Source of the DNA: Amoebidium appalachense
Taxonomy: Eukaryota > Protista > Ichthyosporea
NCBI GenBank assembly: GCA_963693365.1
Contig: CAVNZM010000011.1
Location: 8,958,664-9,022,663, forward strand
DNA length: 64,000 nucleotides
Reading direction: 5' to 3'
Shown: positions 47,787-64,000 of the stretch, piece by piece
Layout of the letters: every line of letters begins with the position of its first letter
Numbering within the stretch: the stretch's first letter is position 1
Notes under the pieces: generated by a model
Database searches by the model: none
What the model was told of the DNA's origin: nothing
Seen by the model: only the letters and a program-made list of their open reading frames with translations
Translations under genes and position numbers: made by a program

Positions 47787-48676
47787 AACACACACACACA
47801 CCCAACCCAACCCCCCCCCCCACACACACACACACACACGTACACACACGTACCGCTCTATCTGCGTCCTGGTTGGAGTATATGCGGTCACACACATTGA
47901 CCAAATACTTGTACTCGTCTTTGCCAGACAGTTCCCTGGCCTGCCAAGCCCTGGGGAAGGGGGGGGGGGGGGGGGGGGAGGGGGGGGGGGGGGGGGGAGG
48001 GGGGGGGGGGGGGGGAGAGAGAAGGAGGTATGTCAAAATCTATCGGACAAGAGTATCTATCGGAGTATCTATAGAGTCCGATATTTGACCAATATGATGC
48101 AAAGCTTTGGAAAGGGGGGGGGGGAGGGGGGGGGGGGGGGGGAGGAAGGGGGGGGGAGGGGGGGGAGGGGGGGGTATAAGTGTAAAAGATGAGTACAAAC
48201 AGTGCACACGTCTGTACACCATAAGCCGACACGCATAAATATATGCACGCATGTGTGTGCGCGCGCGCAAACAAGCAAATGGCCATACACACTCTCGCTT
48301 TCCCCATCCTCCCCCCCCCCCCCCCCCCCCCCCCCCCAAACACCGACCTCCCCATGTACCCCAGCCACCCATTCTCGAACAAAACATGAACATACACACG
48401 TGAACATTCCGCTACGTCTGTGGAGTGGTAGTGGGGATGTGGGTGAGGATCTGTGGGAGTTCGACCCATGGGAGCGGGGCGGGGGAGGGGGGGGGAGGGG
48501 GACTCTGGTACATACTCTTCGTTTGGTTTCTTTTTCAAAGCAGACAAATCATAACTACGACCCTTGGAGTCTGTCACGGGCAAACCATTATCATCTGTTG
48601 GGTAGCAGTTGACATTGTCTGCATTGGCGCTCGAAAAAAAGCACAAAGCCAAAACGAGTAAAGTTTTTAGCAGCAT
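40296..48676 (-). CDS. M6PR: Cation-dependent mannose-6-phosphate receptor (single MRH domain, type I membrane protein), 8 exons, ~278 aa
   Basis: Exons (-): 48676-48516, 47950-47854, 47211-47121, 45669-45566, 44972-44848, 43572-43446, 42997-42944, 40373-40296. Signal peptide; MRH motifs [40 protein letters not shown]; TM segment; [18 protein letters not shown]; C-terminal EEDDERLL. Confidence 0.92.
40971..42269 (-). mobile_element. Tandem array (2.9 x 450 bp, apparently identical) of the structured (C)n-anchored element, subfamily A, in the last M6PR intron
   Basis: gtttgaatgc starts at 40971, 41421 and 41871. The third copy is truncated at 42269, and G runs flank both ends. Confidence 0.93.
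41091..41202 (-). ncRNA. Putative hammerhead-like ribozyme with non-canonical strand order (repeated at +450 and +900; homolog at 44206-44312)
   Basis: Minus strand reads gtctgaGTT|ggag ... ggggtcGAAActcagac ... ctccCTGAGGAtgggctct. Helices I, II and III can all be formed, and compensatory changes are seen against the 44.2 kb copy. Confidence 0.5.
44114..44685 (-). mobile_element. Longer subfamily-B copy (possible ORF tail plus structured 3' region) between G runs
   Basis: 44114-44370 aligns with the 450-bp unit (cagagcccatcctcaggg, gagtttcgacc, ccaactcaga, cccgtcttgatc, gacgagcagggttgcttatgca). Unique sequence continues to the G run at 44686. Confidence 0.75.
45727..45852 (-). mobile_element. 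5'-truncated subfamily-B copy
   Basis: Closely similar to 44114-44242 and bounded by G runs. Confidence 0.8.
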
Positions 48677-49478
48677 TTTTACACTATAAAGCCACGGATT
48701 GATAGGGGTGATGGTGTTAAAGGAGGGGTATAGGGGTGTTTAGTAAGAACCAAGTATACTGTTTCGAAAAAGTTAGATGCAAGGCGGATGCAGACAGGAT
48801 CTGTGCATTCAAAGAGACAACTGATGTGGCGAGCAAGAAGATAGGTACTACAGGAGCTGAGAAGAAGGCTTAGAGACCATGAGCTACTGAGCGAAATTCA
48901 CGGTTTCGGGGCGATTGTGAGGAGGAATGCTTCAGACATGAATTCGATCCGTTCTCACGGCTGTATAAAAGTTCGCTGGCTACAACTATGTAGCACGCAG
49001 TGTGGCTCAACAAAAAAACAAAAAAATAGCCTTCGGGCGCAAAAAACTTCGAAAAAAAAAAAAAATAGCGAGATCGGGCATAAGTGCCGTTTCCTAATTT
49101 TTGGTCCAAGATGTTGGTACAGAAGCCTTTTTGTGTGACCGTTAGCGTAAATTTGCAATAGCCTTGATATCCGCTAATCAAAGGACATTATGCTATCCTT
49201 ACCAGACAGAGTGGCTCAGACTACTGTACATAGTATGCTAGCATATGACGCATAAACATCTGTTATGACCAGCCTATAGATCGTTAGTAATTGTGTGTAA
49301 GAGTCTACAAGTTAGACTATGTTACACATCATGGTGGTGCACTGCACGTGTACACGTGTTGTGTGTTTTCCTGCGCATTTTTGACTGAGAGTTGTGGATG
49401 GTCGGCTAGACAAATTCAAAGTTATAGACAATAAAAGGCTACACTGCAGGGATAATTTCCTTGCTACTTAGTTACAAG

Positions 49479-51065
49479 ATGCTTAGGATAGCTAGACTTT
49501 TGTCAAAGACATCACATCTAAACGCAGTTTCATCTCCCAGGCATGACTTTCTCATTGGACAGGTGACCCGTGGTGCCATTACCACCTCGTCGCCAGCACA
49601 GTTACGTCACACGCACACAAGCGCACCTGCGCACAAACGCACTTCCAAAAAGGGAAGCAAGGGAAAGCTACTTACAGAGCGATACGAATGTGAAGCTGTA
49701 ATAGACTCAATCAACAGTCAGGGTGTGGGTGTGGGTAAGCTACACGGGCACACACACACAGGTTCAAGCAAAGATGTGGTTCATGTTCCAACCGGTCTAC
49801 CCGGCGAGAGATTAAACGTGCGTGTATACAAGAAAGAGCAGTCACTTTTCCACGCTGATTTACTTTCAGTGATCGACCCGTCTCCAGACAGAGTAACGCC
49901 CCGCTGTCCACACTTTGGTAAATGCGGTGGATGCCAGTTCCAGAACTGGTCTCAGGATGCACAAGCAGCATGGAAACATGAAATGGTCGTCAAGGAGTTC
50001 AGTTTTTTGGATCCTCATGTTCCTGTCTCGCCCACAAAGAGGTCACCCCTCCAATATGGATACCGATCGAAACTCACACCGCATTTCTACAAACCGAGTC
50101 AGAAAGCGATAGAAGAGGCCAGGGGGCTTGGTGCACCTTCATTGCACAAAGCAGAACCAACGGACGAAACGGAGGAAAACATGGGGCCGGAAACGGGTTT
50201 GACAAGAGATGCACAACCCAAAATCGGTGAGGAAAGAGGGACTGACACATCACCGGAGGAAAGAGTGAGGGTTAAGGCACCGATTGGCTTTCGTTCACAC
50301 TCCGGAAAGAGCATTCTCGACATAACACACTGCCTGATAGCCACCCAGCCGGTGAACGACGGATTGACGAGTGTTCGTGCTCATGTTTTGAGCAACCTTG
50401 GCTTGTATAAGAAAGGTGCCACGTTGCTAGTGAGAGAGACGGAAATGGGCGAGGGGAAGAAGGGGTTCGAAACGGATCCGAAAGCGACGGTGACAGAACG
50501 GGTCGGAAAAACAGTTTTCCAGTTTCCGGCCGGAACGTTCTTCCAGAATAATCCCTCTGCCCTTCCCGAGCTAATTTCACATGTTTCGAAGGAGGCAGCG
50601 GGAGACGGAGAGTGTGACTTTCTCGTGGATGCATATTGCGGTGCAGGTTTATTCGCCATCTCCACCCGTGATTCCTTCGTGAAGACGATCGGCATAGAGA
50701 TAAGCGAAGCATCCGTCGAATGGGCAAGGAGGAATGCAGAGGCAAACAAGGCCAGCGAAAAGTGCTCTTTTGTGGTTGGTGATGCAACCCATGTTTTTAC
50801 GTCTGCGAAAGATTACCCACCGGGGAGAACTTCGGTTATCGTGGATCCACCCCGGAAGGGATGTGATGTGGATTTCTTGACTCAGTTGCTGAACTTTAAG
50901 CCAGGGAGAATTGTGTATGTGAGCTGTAACCCAGAGACACAGGCGAGAGATGTGAAGACGCTGGTGTCGGGAGGGTATCGTGTTTCCAGAATAGTTCCGT
51001 TTGACCTGTTCCCTCACACAAAACACATAGAGTGTGTTGTTACCTTGACGGACAAAAGTGAGTGA
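49479..51065 (+). CDS. TRM2: Intronless tRNA/rRNA (uracil-5)-methyltransferase of the TrmA/RlmD family (Trm2-like), ~528 aa, probable mitochondrial presequence
   Basis: TRAM-like N-domain (GVG..LPGE), CPHFGKCGGC Fe-S motif, YGYRSKLTPHF, FFQNN, DAYCGAG, DPPRKG, YVSCNPETQARD, FDLFPHTKHIE. First ATG at 49479, N-terminus MLRIARLLSK. Confidence 0.93.
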   Translation: MLRIARLLSKTSHLNAVSSPRHDFLIGQVTRGAITTSSPAQLRHTHTSAPAHKRTSKKGSKGKLLTERYECEAVIDSINSQGVGVGKLHGHTHTGSSKDVVHVPTGLPGERLNVRVYKKEQSLFHADLLSVIDPSPDRVTPRCPHFGKCGGCQFQNWSQDAQAAWKHEMVVKEFSFLDPHVPVSPTKRSPLQYGYRSKLTPHFYKPSQKAIEEARGLGAPSLHKAEPTDETEENMGPETGLTRDAQPKIGEERGTDTSPEERVRVKAPIGFRSHSGKSILDITHCLIATQPVNDGLTSVRAHVLSNLGLYKKGATLLVRETEMGEGKKGFETDPKATVTERVGKTVFQFPAGTFFQNNPSALPELISHVSKEAAGDGECDFLVDAYCGAGLFAISTRDSFVKTIGIEISEASVEWARRNAEANKASEKCSFVVGDATHVFTSAKDYPPGRTSVIVDPPRKGCDVDFLTQLLNFKPGRIVYVSCNPETQARDVKTLVSGGYRVSRIVPFDLFPHTKHIECVVTLTDKSE

Positions 51066-51554
51066 TTTGCACATGTTTTATTGCATGTGATATGTCTAGG
51101 GTCTGGGATTGTTAACATGTTATATTTTTCGAAGTCGCACACGCTTGAGGTGTCTAATGCCACCCAAAAAAGCATGAACATGGTTTTTTTTTTTTAAAAG
51201 GAACAAACACACGACCACAAACACACACACAATCTGTAGAACCTTAGAGTGTAACTGCACCGGTGCGGAATTTACATTTTTCGAGGACAGTCGCGCGCAC
51301 GTCACATGTTTTCTTCCCTCTTCCTCTCACTTTTCCTCACTGATCAAGGCAGCCATTCTCTCCCGATCTTCTCATGTCTTCGGCAATACAGAGTTCAGGG
51401 GAAACAACCAGTATTCCTTCACACCAGGTGCTTTTCTAATGATATATTTGGTTTCCGACGAATGAAAGAATGTAAATCATGGTTGCGGTGCATGGGCACC
51501 AAACCTTACATATGAAACCCCAACTTTGGAAGCTTGTAGAGTCACCAACCCCTT

Positions 51555-51609
<55 letters not shown>

Positions 51610-51828
51610 TCGCTCGCTCCCTCTCTCTCTTTCCCCCTTCCACGGTAATCACCGTCCCCACATACATAATCCCTCACTCATATATGTACTCGTGCAATGC
51701 ATACCGCACACAAGCTTACAGGCGCACACAAACCCTCTCACATAAACACGCACACACACAAACTTTACACACTCTCTCTTTCTACACACGCACACCCACA
51801 CCCACGTGCACATTCTATCTCTCCTTCT

Positions 51829-51862
<34 letters not shown>

Positions 51863-52231
51863 CCCCCTCTCTCTTTCTCTCTGGATCTCTTCCACTCTCT
51901 ATCCCCTCCCCTCCCCTCCCTCCCTCCCTCCCCCCCCCTCTCTTTTTCTTCCTCCCCCCTTCCCCATCCCCCAGTCTCCTTCCTTCACACAGCGCACACC
52001 GTTACTCTCTCCCCCCTCCCTCCCTCCCTCCCTCCGGAGGCCTCCCCCCCTCGCCTCCCTCCCTCCCTCCCTCCCTCCCTCCCTCTTTCTCCCCTCTTTC
52101 CCTTTCTCTGTCTTCCCCCTCCCTCCAGGAACCCTCACACACACACTCCTCTCTCTCTCTCTCTTTCTCTCCCTCCCTTTCTCCCTCCCCCCCCCCCCCC
52201 CCCCCCCTCCCCCCCCCCCCCCCTCTCTCCT

Positions 52232-52361
<130 letters not shown>

Positions 52362-52366
52362 ACTCG

Positions 52367-52400
<34 letters not shown>

Positions 52401-54504
52401 ATCCCCCTCTCTCTCTCGGCTCTCTCTCTCTCTCACCCTCCCCCTTCCTCTCTCGCTCCCCCTTCCCCTCCCTCCTCCGATGAGTCCTCTCCCACTCTCT
52501 TTTTCCATCTTCTCCTCCGTATCACCCCTGCCTCTTCGGATTCCTTCCCATTGCACACACCGCCACTTTTACAAACCACTTTTGTGCCTCTACTGTACAT
52601 GTGGCGAGATGATTCATGATGACGGATCCAAGCCCGGGCGGCGGATCCAAGCCCGAGCGGACCCCGCATGTGACGGTCTTCTGTCACACCAAAGTTTTCA
52701 AAGCTCAGCATAAACGTTGTACATCTGTAGCCATGGAATTTTAATGGCTTTTTTCTGTGTGTTTTATGGTGTGTGTTTTATGGGCACATGTGCGGGCCTC
52801 TGTGCAGACACGTGTGCGTGCCTCTGTGCAGACGCGTGCACACAAGCATACGGCCCCAACTACGGTAACGTGCCAACTGAGACAGGCAGACAGGAATGTT
52901 TACGTGAAGACGTACTGATGCGATGATGTACGTCTATACATCTGTCTGATCTATACATTGTGATCCTTCTCTTTACTGTCAGACTATATGTGGGCATCGT
53001 ACAGGGTCGGGCCAGAAATACCACCATAATGTCGAAAACTATATTAACGACAATGGTTTTAAAAGATAAACATAAAACAACAACAAAAAATTCTGGCGAA
53101 GACCTGCTTATTTCTAACCGTGCGAGGTTTAGTGAGTAAAGGTATTGGATGCGACTTTTTGCCACATTCTTCAGGAGGGGGGTCGATGTAATAAAAAAAT
53201 GCATCATCAGTAATCTAATTTTTTCGCACAATACCACCTGAGTCGTTATAGTGTACGTTTTTTACATAATTCTTCTGAGAACGAAAAACTGCTCTTTTGA
53301 TAGGATTTGTTGGTGTTAGTTCTAGTGAAAAACCGAAAAAGCTATGTCTGTATAATCATTGCTATGTCGGGCATTAACGGGGAAAAAAAGCCCCTATGGC
53401 ACGGCCGTGATAACATCGCGATATGTGCTGCCGATGATGCTGATCAGAAAATAGCTTTTTGGCCCTGCCTCTGGCCAGGCCGGGGTCGGGTGGGGATGCA
53501 GGGGATCGAGGTATGCGCTATAGCAATGATAGCTTTCCGGGCAGTGTTGGGCCCGCACAAAACATTCACGAGGCATAAACTGATTTTATTTTCTCTTTCA
53601 ATTGCACATATGGAATACACTATTAGCAGAGCATAAGCCATGCGCTTGTCGCTCGATCGTGTCAAGATTCACTGAGTCACGACCGGCTACCCAATTTTTG
53701 ACCCAGCTCCAGTGAAATGTCTAACCGCATACCAGTGTGCTATCTTTTGCATTTTGATTGGCTGTCTCATATGTGCTAATCTATCCGTTTATACTTCTTC
53801 GAAACTTTTGACATATCACATCATCACATGTTTAAAGTAAGCTAATATAAAGGTCCTGCGAATTTTTTTCTCAGACTCTTTAACATTGATGACTCCACAC
53901 AGCACATAACCGAAATACAAAATATTCAATTTTTTTTTAATTTTCCTTCGGTTTCCTGTTTCATTCATTTTCCTTCGATTGACATTAAAACTAACAAAAC
54001 ATAATGTTCAGTCGCTAACACTCATTTAGTTCATTTGCGTTGGATATTTTACGTGCAATTTGTGGTTAAAACTGAAATTCCGCGCTGACGCATGCTTACG
54101 TAGGCATGTGAATTGATTAGACTCTGATGATAAATAACCACCCCCCGCCTCCCCCGAGGCTCCTCGTTTTGTTACACGGTGTGGCTTCGTGTGCTTGTGC
54201 TTGCGCCTCACGTAAAGTCAATTTATTCACCTCAACACGTGTTCAGTGTTGTTACAAAGTTGTAGCTTAGTTTCTTGAGCAAAACGTAGAAACAGGAAGT
54301 ACAGTAGCTGTGCACAGTTGTGAGGTGAATGAAAAGATCTTAACACGCGCGATAGTAGACCCCAAAAAACTCAAATGACGTTTTAGGTTAAGTTTTTGAG
54401 ATCCTAGCTCAAGTTTTGCATCCTCTTTCTTCCCACACCTTTCCCATCGTTTTTCAACCCTTCTTTTTCCAAACTTCATTCAACCAGCAGAGAAACGCGA
54501 AAAA

Positions 54505-59453
<4,949 letters not shown>

Positions 59454-60065
59454 TTATCATTTTAAGTTTTCTTTTTTTTTCCGCGGAGGGGGGGGGGGGG
59501 GGGTCCTTTCGTAGTAGATTTCCTTCTTTGGGTTTTGGTGGTGGTGTGAGTGTGGGGTGTAGATTGTGTAAAGGTGGGTGGGCAGGCAAGCAAGCTAGCA
59601 ATGGTGGTGTGTGTGTGTGTGTGTGGAGGGGGGGGGGGGGGGGGGGGGGGGGTCCGTCGTGGTAGTAGACTTGAAGCTGATATTGGAAGTCACAGAAGTA
59701 TGATAGTATCATTTATAAAACAATAAAAAATAGGAATATTAGTGCTTTATTTGCTGTAAGGTTTCTCCTTTTCTCTGCTATATTTAATTTTACAACTACA
59801 GATAAGCATTAAAAACCCCATTCTAAGTTAGCCACTGATATGTACATGGGATGATATTTCAAAGTTCTTCACATATACCCGCCTTCCCTTGGTCTTTCAC
59901 AGGTTAATGCGTTATACCACATGGTCATTTCCGATATCTGAACAGACCTACTGATTTATAGCACAGATTGTTTGGCTTTATGACTGGTTGATGTGCAAAA
60001 GGGGCTAACTTCAATTGCATTATTTACCATAAATTTGGGTTTACTTTTTTGCGGGGGGTTCCCCG

Positions 60066-60098
<33 letters not shown>

Positions 60099-60779
60099 CT
60101 CAAAAAGATTTAGAAATGCATGTGCATCAAATCACGTCTTTGCTTCTAAATATGGAGCGTGTTTTGTATCACAGTTTTTTAGAAATATGAATTTTGAAAA
60201 TGAAAGGGAGAGACCCCCCAGCTTTCTGTACCGGTTGACCGTGGGAGGGACGTGTAAGATGTTTGTGTAAGGTGGGGGTTTTAACAATTTGAAATTCTGC
60301 CACTTTGCAGAGTATTGTAACGAAGATCACAACGGTAGCGTTTTTTTTCTTCTTTTTTTTTTTTTGTGTGTGTGTGTGTGTGCTTTTCTGTGCGTGTTCA
60401 TTGTGGGCTGGTGGTTTTGTGACACTGTGTTTCTTTGCCTAATGTTTCGGAATATGGTTTAGAATGTCGTTGGTTTTATTTTATTCATTTTTTTGATTGT
60501 TTGTTTGTTTATTTGTTTGTTTGTTTGTTTGTTTGTTTTTTCTTTCGCTGCCGCATATTTGAGAGAGAAGAGAGGCTGATAAATAAAATTCTTCATTTGA
60601 CCCAGCCAATTTTCGGAATCCGTCAAACGTCATGGTCATCAGAGTATTTTGCGAGCCTTTAGGAGGCCATGAGCGCCCCCCCGCCCCCTTTCCAACACAC
60701 ACACACACACACACACACACATGCACACACACACACACATGCACACACGCACACACTCACACACTCACGTTACACAGTC

Positions 60780-60833
<54 letters not shown>

Positions 60834-60853
60834 ACACAGGCACACACACACAC

Positions 60854-60916
<63 letters not shown>

Positions 60917-60952
60917 ACGCAGACACACACATACACACACACACACACACAC

Positions 60953-61021
<69 letters not shown>

Positions 61022-61563
61022 GTACACATGTAACACTCCGGCACCCCCAGCTGGAGTAGATGCATATATAACAATCTCGTCTCTGCAAGGTCTATGCATG
61101 ATGTAAAATTAGTTTCGCGATGTACATGTGACTTCTCATCAACTTGAAGGCCAGGCCTGACACGGTACCGATGATTATTAATTAATACTGTGATGTCACC
61201 CGCTTCACGGCCATCCGGTGCCACATGCAGCATAAGTGATGTACTTAATAATTATTTCTCCTGATATATAGCGGGACAAACCCTTAACCCGCAGTTAACT
61301 ATAAGTCAAAGGTCTTACCTGTGGAATGGGTGGCGATAATGGGGGGCCTAGGAGAGACAGCCCAAGGTGTGGGTGCATGCGCACATCGAGGGGCAAATGG
61401 TGGTGGTGGTGGGGCATTAGACAGTAATCACTGCTGCAGCTGCCACATGAGACTCGGGTCGGTCACAGCCACCGTATGACCAAGTCTATGTATTCCGGCT
61501 CATTCATGAGTATGAGTAGGCAGACGATCAGCCCGGACAGAGGGAAAGTTTTGTCGGCTAGAA

Positions 61564-61730
61564 TTTAAAGTATGAGCGCTACCTTAAAGGAATCTCATTT
61601 TAAAGTAAGAGCTACCTTGCAATTGATATTATTTTAAAGTAAGAGCTATCTTAATACTTTAAAGTAAGAGCTATCTTAATACTTTAAAGTAAGAGCTATC
61701 TTAATACTTTAAAGTAAGAGCTACCTCAAT
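61564..61730. repeat. Array of tttaaagtaagagcta(t/c)ct(t) motifs, six copies, the last four at 25-bp period
   Basis: Directly visible tandem copies. Confidence 0.85.
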
Positions 61731-62113
61731 TCGGAGGTACCGGTAGCAGCACATGCATGCACAAGCGCATAGATGGTGACTCCCCCCTTGCCCCCCCCGG
61801 CGCCTGCAGAGGCCCTCTAGCTCTTTCTCCACCCCCCCCCCCCCCCCTCCCCCCCCTCTACTCCTACCCCCTCTCCACATGTACAGCTATGGGTCTGACC
61901 TAATCCCAGGGTAAACTTTGGTCGTCTCGCTTATATACCACGAGGTATATAGTATTACGGTACTTCACACTATTATAATAACTTCATATGACCACCACAA
62001 GGATTTGTATTCAATCTGAGAATAAATTGTTGCATGAATAACTGCCAGGATAAAGTGGAGGCTTCTAGCTCGAGGTCTCATGATCAGGCTCCCTTGATTC
62101 CTTCCCCCCCTCC

Positions 62114-62170
<57 letters not shown>

Positions 62171-62766
62171 GGGGAGGGGGGGGGGGGGGGGGCGGGGGGT
62201 AGTTGACCAACAGACCTATCTGTGACGTCATTACATCAGTTTTCACCATCAACCCAAAAGGCACAGCCCACACACACACCACACACTCAGTCGGTGCCTT
62301 AATATATTTACATCCTACACAGTGTGTACCTCCTTTTCAAAACGATCATTTAGGGCTTGATTGCCTTTGTCCGTGTCTTCTCCATAGTTTCTTTATGAGG
62401 CAAATCCACAATCTAACAAGAATCAAAGTTTCCCTAAAAATCGTAAATTTTCGATTCTGAAAGCTAAACTTGGAATAGTCCGTCTCAATAATATAATATA
62501 ATATAATTATCAAATAACGTCAAACTTCATAGAACCCTCTTCCCCCCCCCCTTCCCCCCCCCCCCCCCCCCCCCCTCCCCCCTCCCCGGGGGGGGCCGTT
62601 CGGGCCCCAAGCCACCTACACCACGGGCTCACGCACCAACAAAATTTAATGAAGCAAGAGATACACACGTGACTCATGTACACAAGCAGCTAGAGAAGTG
62701 TATAAGGCGTCTACATACCGTCTGAGAAGAGAGGAGTGAAAGGGGAGGCCGAGGGGAGGAGGGGAA

Positions 62767-62805
<39 letters not shown>

Positions 62806-63079
62806 CTTTCGGGTTGCTTGGTCCGGACAAAGCCATCACATTTGTGTAAATGGGTGTCTAATTAAAAGGTTAAATTTCTTTTTAAAGATTTTGGCCTGTG
62901 TAGATAGGGTACTACTGCAACATCCACATGATCACGACAACATTATGTGCAGCAGCCCAAACCAACTATACGGCCCCTTTGTTCGACCGAGTCATTCTTG
63001 AATAATTGCGAACAGCCCATCACAGGGCTATATGTCCATATCATCTAATTATTTGCACTGAAATATCGCCATAGGTTGC

Positions 63080-63121
<42 letters not shown>

Positions 63122-63277
63122 CCCCTCTCTGCCTGGGTCCACCAGGTGTTATAACACCTTAACACATACACAAGCACACTCACACGCACACACGGAAGGC
63201 CATGCACAAAGAAGGATTCTATTTTTATTGATATGACTAAAGCCGAAGCAGAGAGAAAACCCCTAAGAGTGTAATTT

Positions 63278-63347
<70 letters not shown>

Positions 63348-63496
63348 CCCTCAAAAATCAAAAAAAAAGAAAAAAAAAAAAAAAAGAAAAAAAAAAGAAG
63401 AAGAAGAAGAAGAAAAGAAAAGGAAAGGAAAAGAAAGGACAAAAAAAACCAAAGAACGAAGGACAGAAACAATGAAAAAACAAAAGTGGAACCGAC

Positions 63497-63634
63497 CGAA
63501 TTTCCTTCCTTATTAAAGTTCCAACAGCCCAGTGTGTCTGTACAGCTGCCAAAAAGGCGCCAACGAAGTGCCAGTTCTGGCAATCGCACGGGTTATGGTC
63601 AGATGCCTGTTCGTTGCTTCTTGAGCGCACGATA
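63497..63634 (-). CDS. Probable internal exon of a gene extending beyond the window
   Basis: Strong pyrimidine tract plus caacag acceptor, and one open frame (IVRSRSNEQASDHNPCDCQNWHFVGAFLAAVQTHWAVGTLIRKEIR) ending at a GT. No recognised homology. Confidence 0.35.
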
Positions 63635-63726
63635 CTGTTGGGAGGCACGAAAAACAAAAAAGAAAAAGAACATGTCAGGAAAAGGCTAAAAACACCCGTT
63701 GGGGGAGGGGTGGGGGGGCTAGGGGT

Positions 63727-63871
63727 GATGTATGTGTTAGAGGGTTGGAGACATGGAGGAGACACCAGAGGACAACAATAAAACGTCACAAAAATAAGAA
63801 ACCCGAAATCAAACATTGTAAAAGTGAGGCAGATGACACTTGAACAGAGCCCATCATCAGGGGGTTCCTAT
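63727..63871 (-). mobile_element. (C)n-anchored repeat, subfamily C
   Basis: gatgtatgtgttagagggttgga...ttgaacagagcccatcatcagggggttcctat matches 33068-33211. Confidence 0.75.
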
Positions 63872-64000
63872 TGGGTGGGGGTGGGGGGGGGGGAACGTGC
63901 GGAGGGGCTTATGGAGAGGGGGGGGGAAAGGGGGGGGGGGGGGTTGGAGGGGGACGTCATGTTCATCAAGGGAGAAAGGGGGCTAGGTGTAGTAATGTGC

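Noticed and set aside
61030-61510. Exon-like minus-strand segments with a GTAAGA donor near 61318
   Set aside because: In-frame stops in every stitching tried and no recognisable homology; possibly a decayed gene or transposon.
61564-61730. CRISPR-like repeat/spacer appearance
   Set aside because: Spacers are too short and mostly identical, there are no cas genes, and the context is eukaryotic.

Overview
Eukaryotic, intron-rich genomic window. Its introns are packed with poly(C)/poly(G), (CA)n/(GT)n and (CT)n/(GA)n tracts, so nearly all ORF-track entries are microsatellite noise. Manual GT-AG exon stitching gives: a complete 19-exon gephyrin (MogA-MoeA fusion, +, 1223-16410); a possible 71-aa two-exon orphan; an intronless secreted Cys-repeat protein (+, 26205-27146); a 9-exon LHFPL-like tetraspan protein (-, 30367-38073); an 8-exon cation-dependent mannose-6-phosphate receptor (-, 40296-48676); an intronless Trm2/RlmD-type m5U methyltransferase (+, 49479-51065); and a 5-exon tandem two-domain globin (+, 54505-59453). 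This gene content suggests an opisthokont, probably a unicellular holozoan (inference only). The most novel signal is a family of short, 5'-truncated repeats that always end in a (C)n tract and are always sense to their host gene. One member forms a 450-bp identical tandem array. The family carries a covarying RNA structure containing all three hammerhead-ribozyme strands (NUH, GAAA, CUGANGA) in an order that is not a circular permutation of types I-III. Also notable are recurrent duplication of splice junctions inside introns, (CA)n-preceded acceptors, and a 22.8-25.6 kb cluster containing a tRNA-like gene, nested inverted repeats and a 388-bp palindrome.
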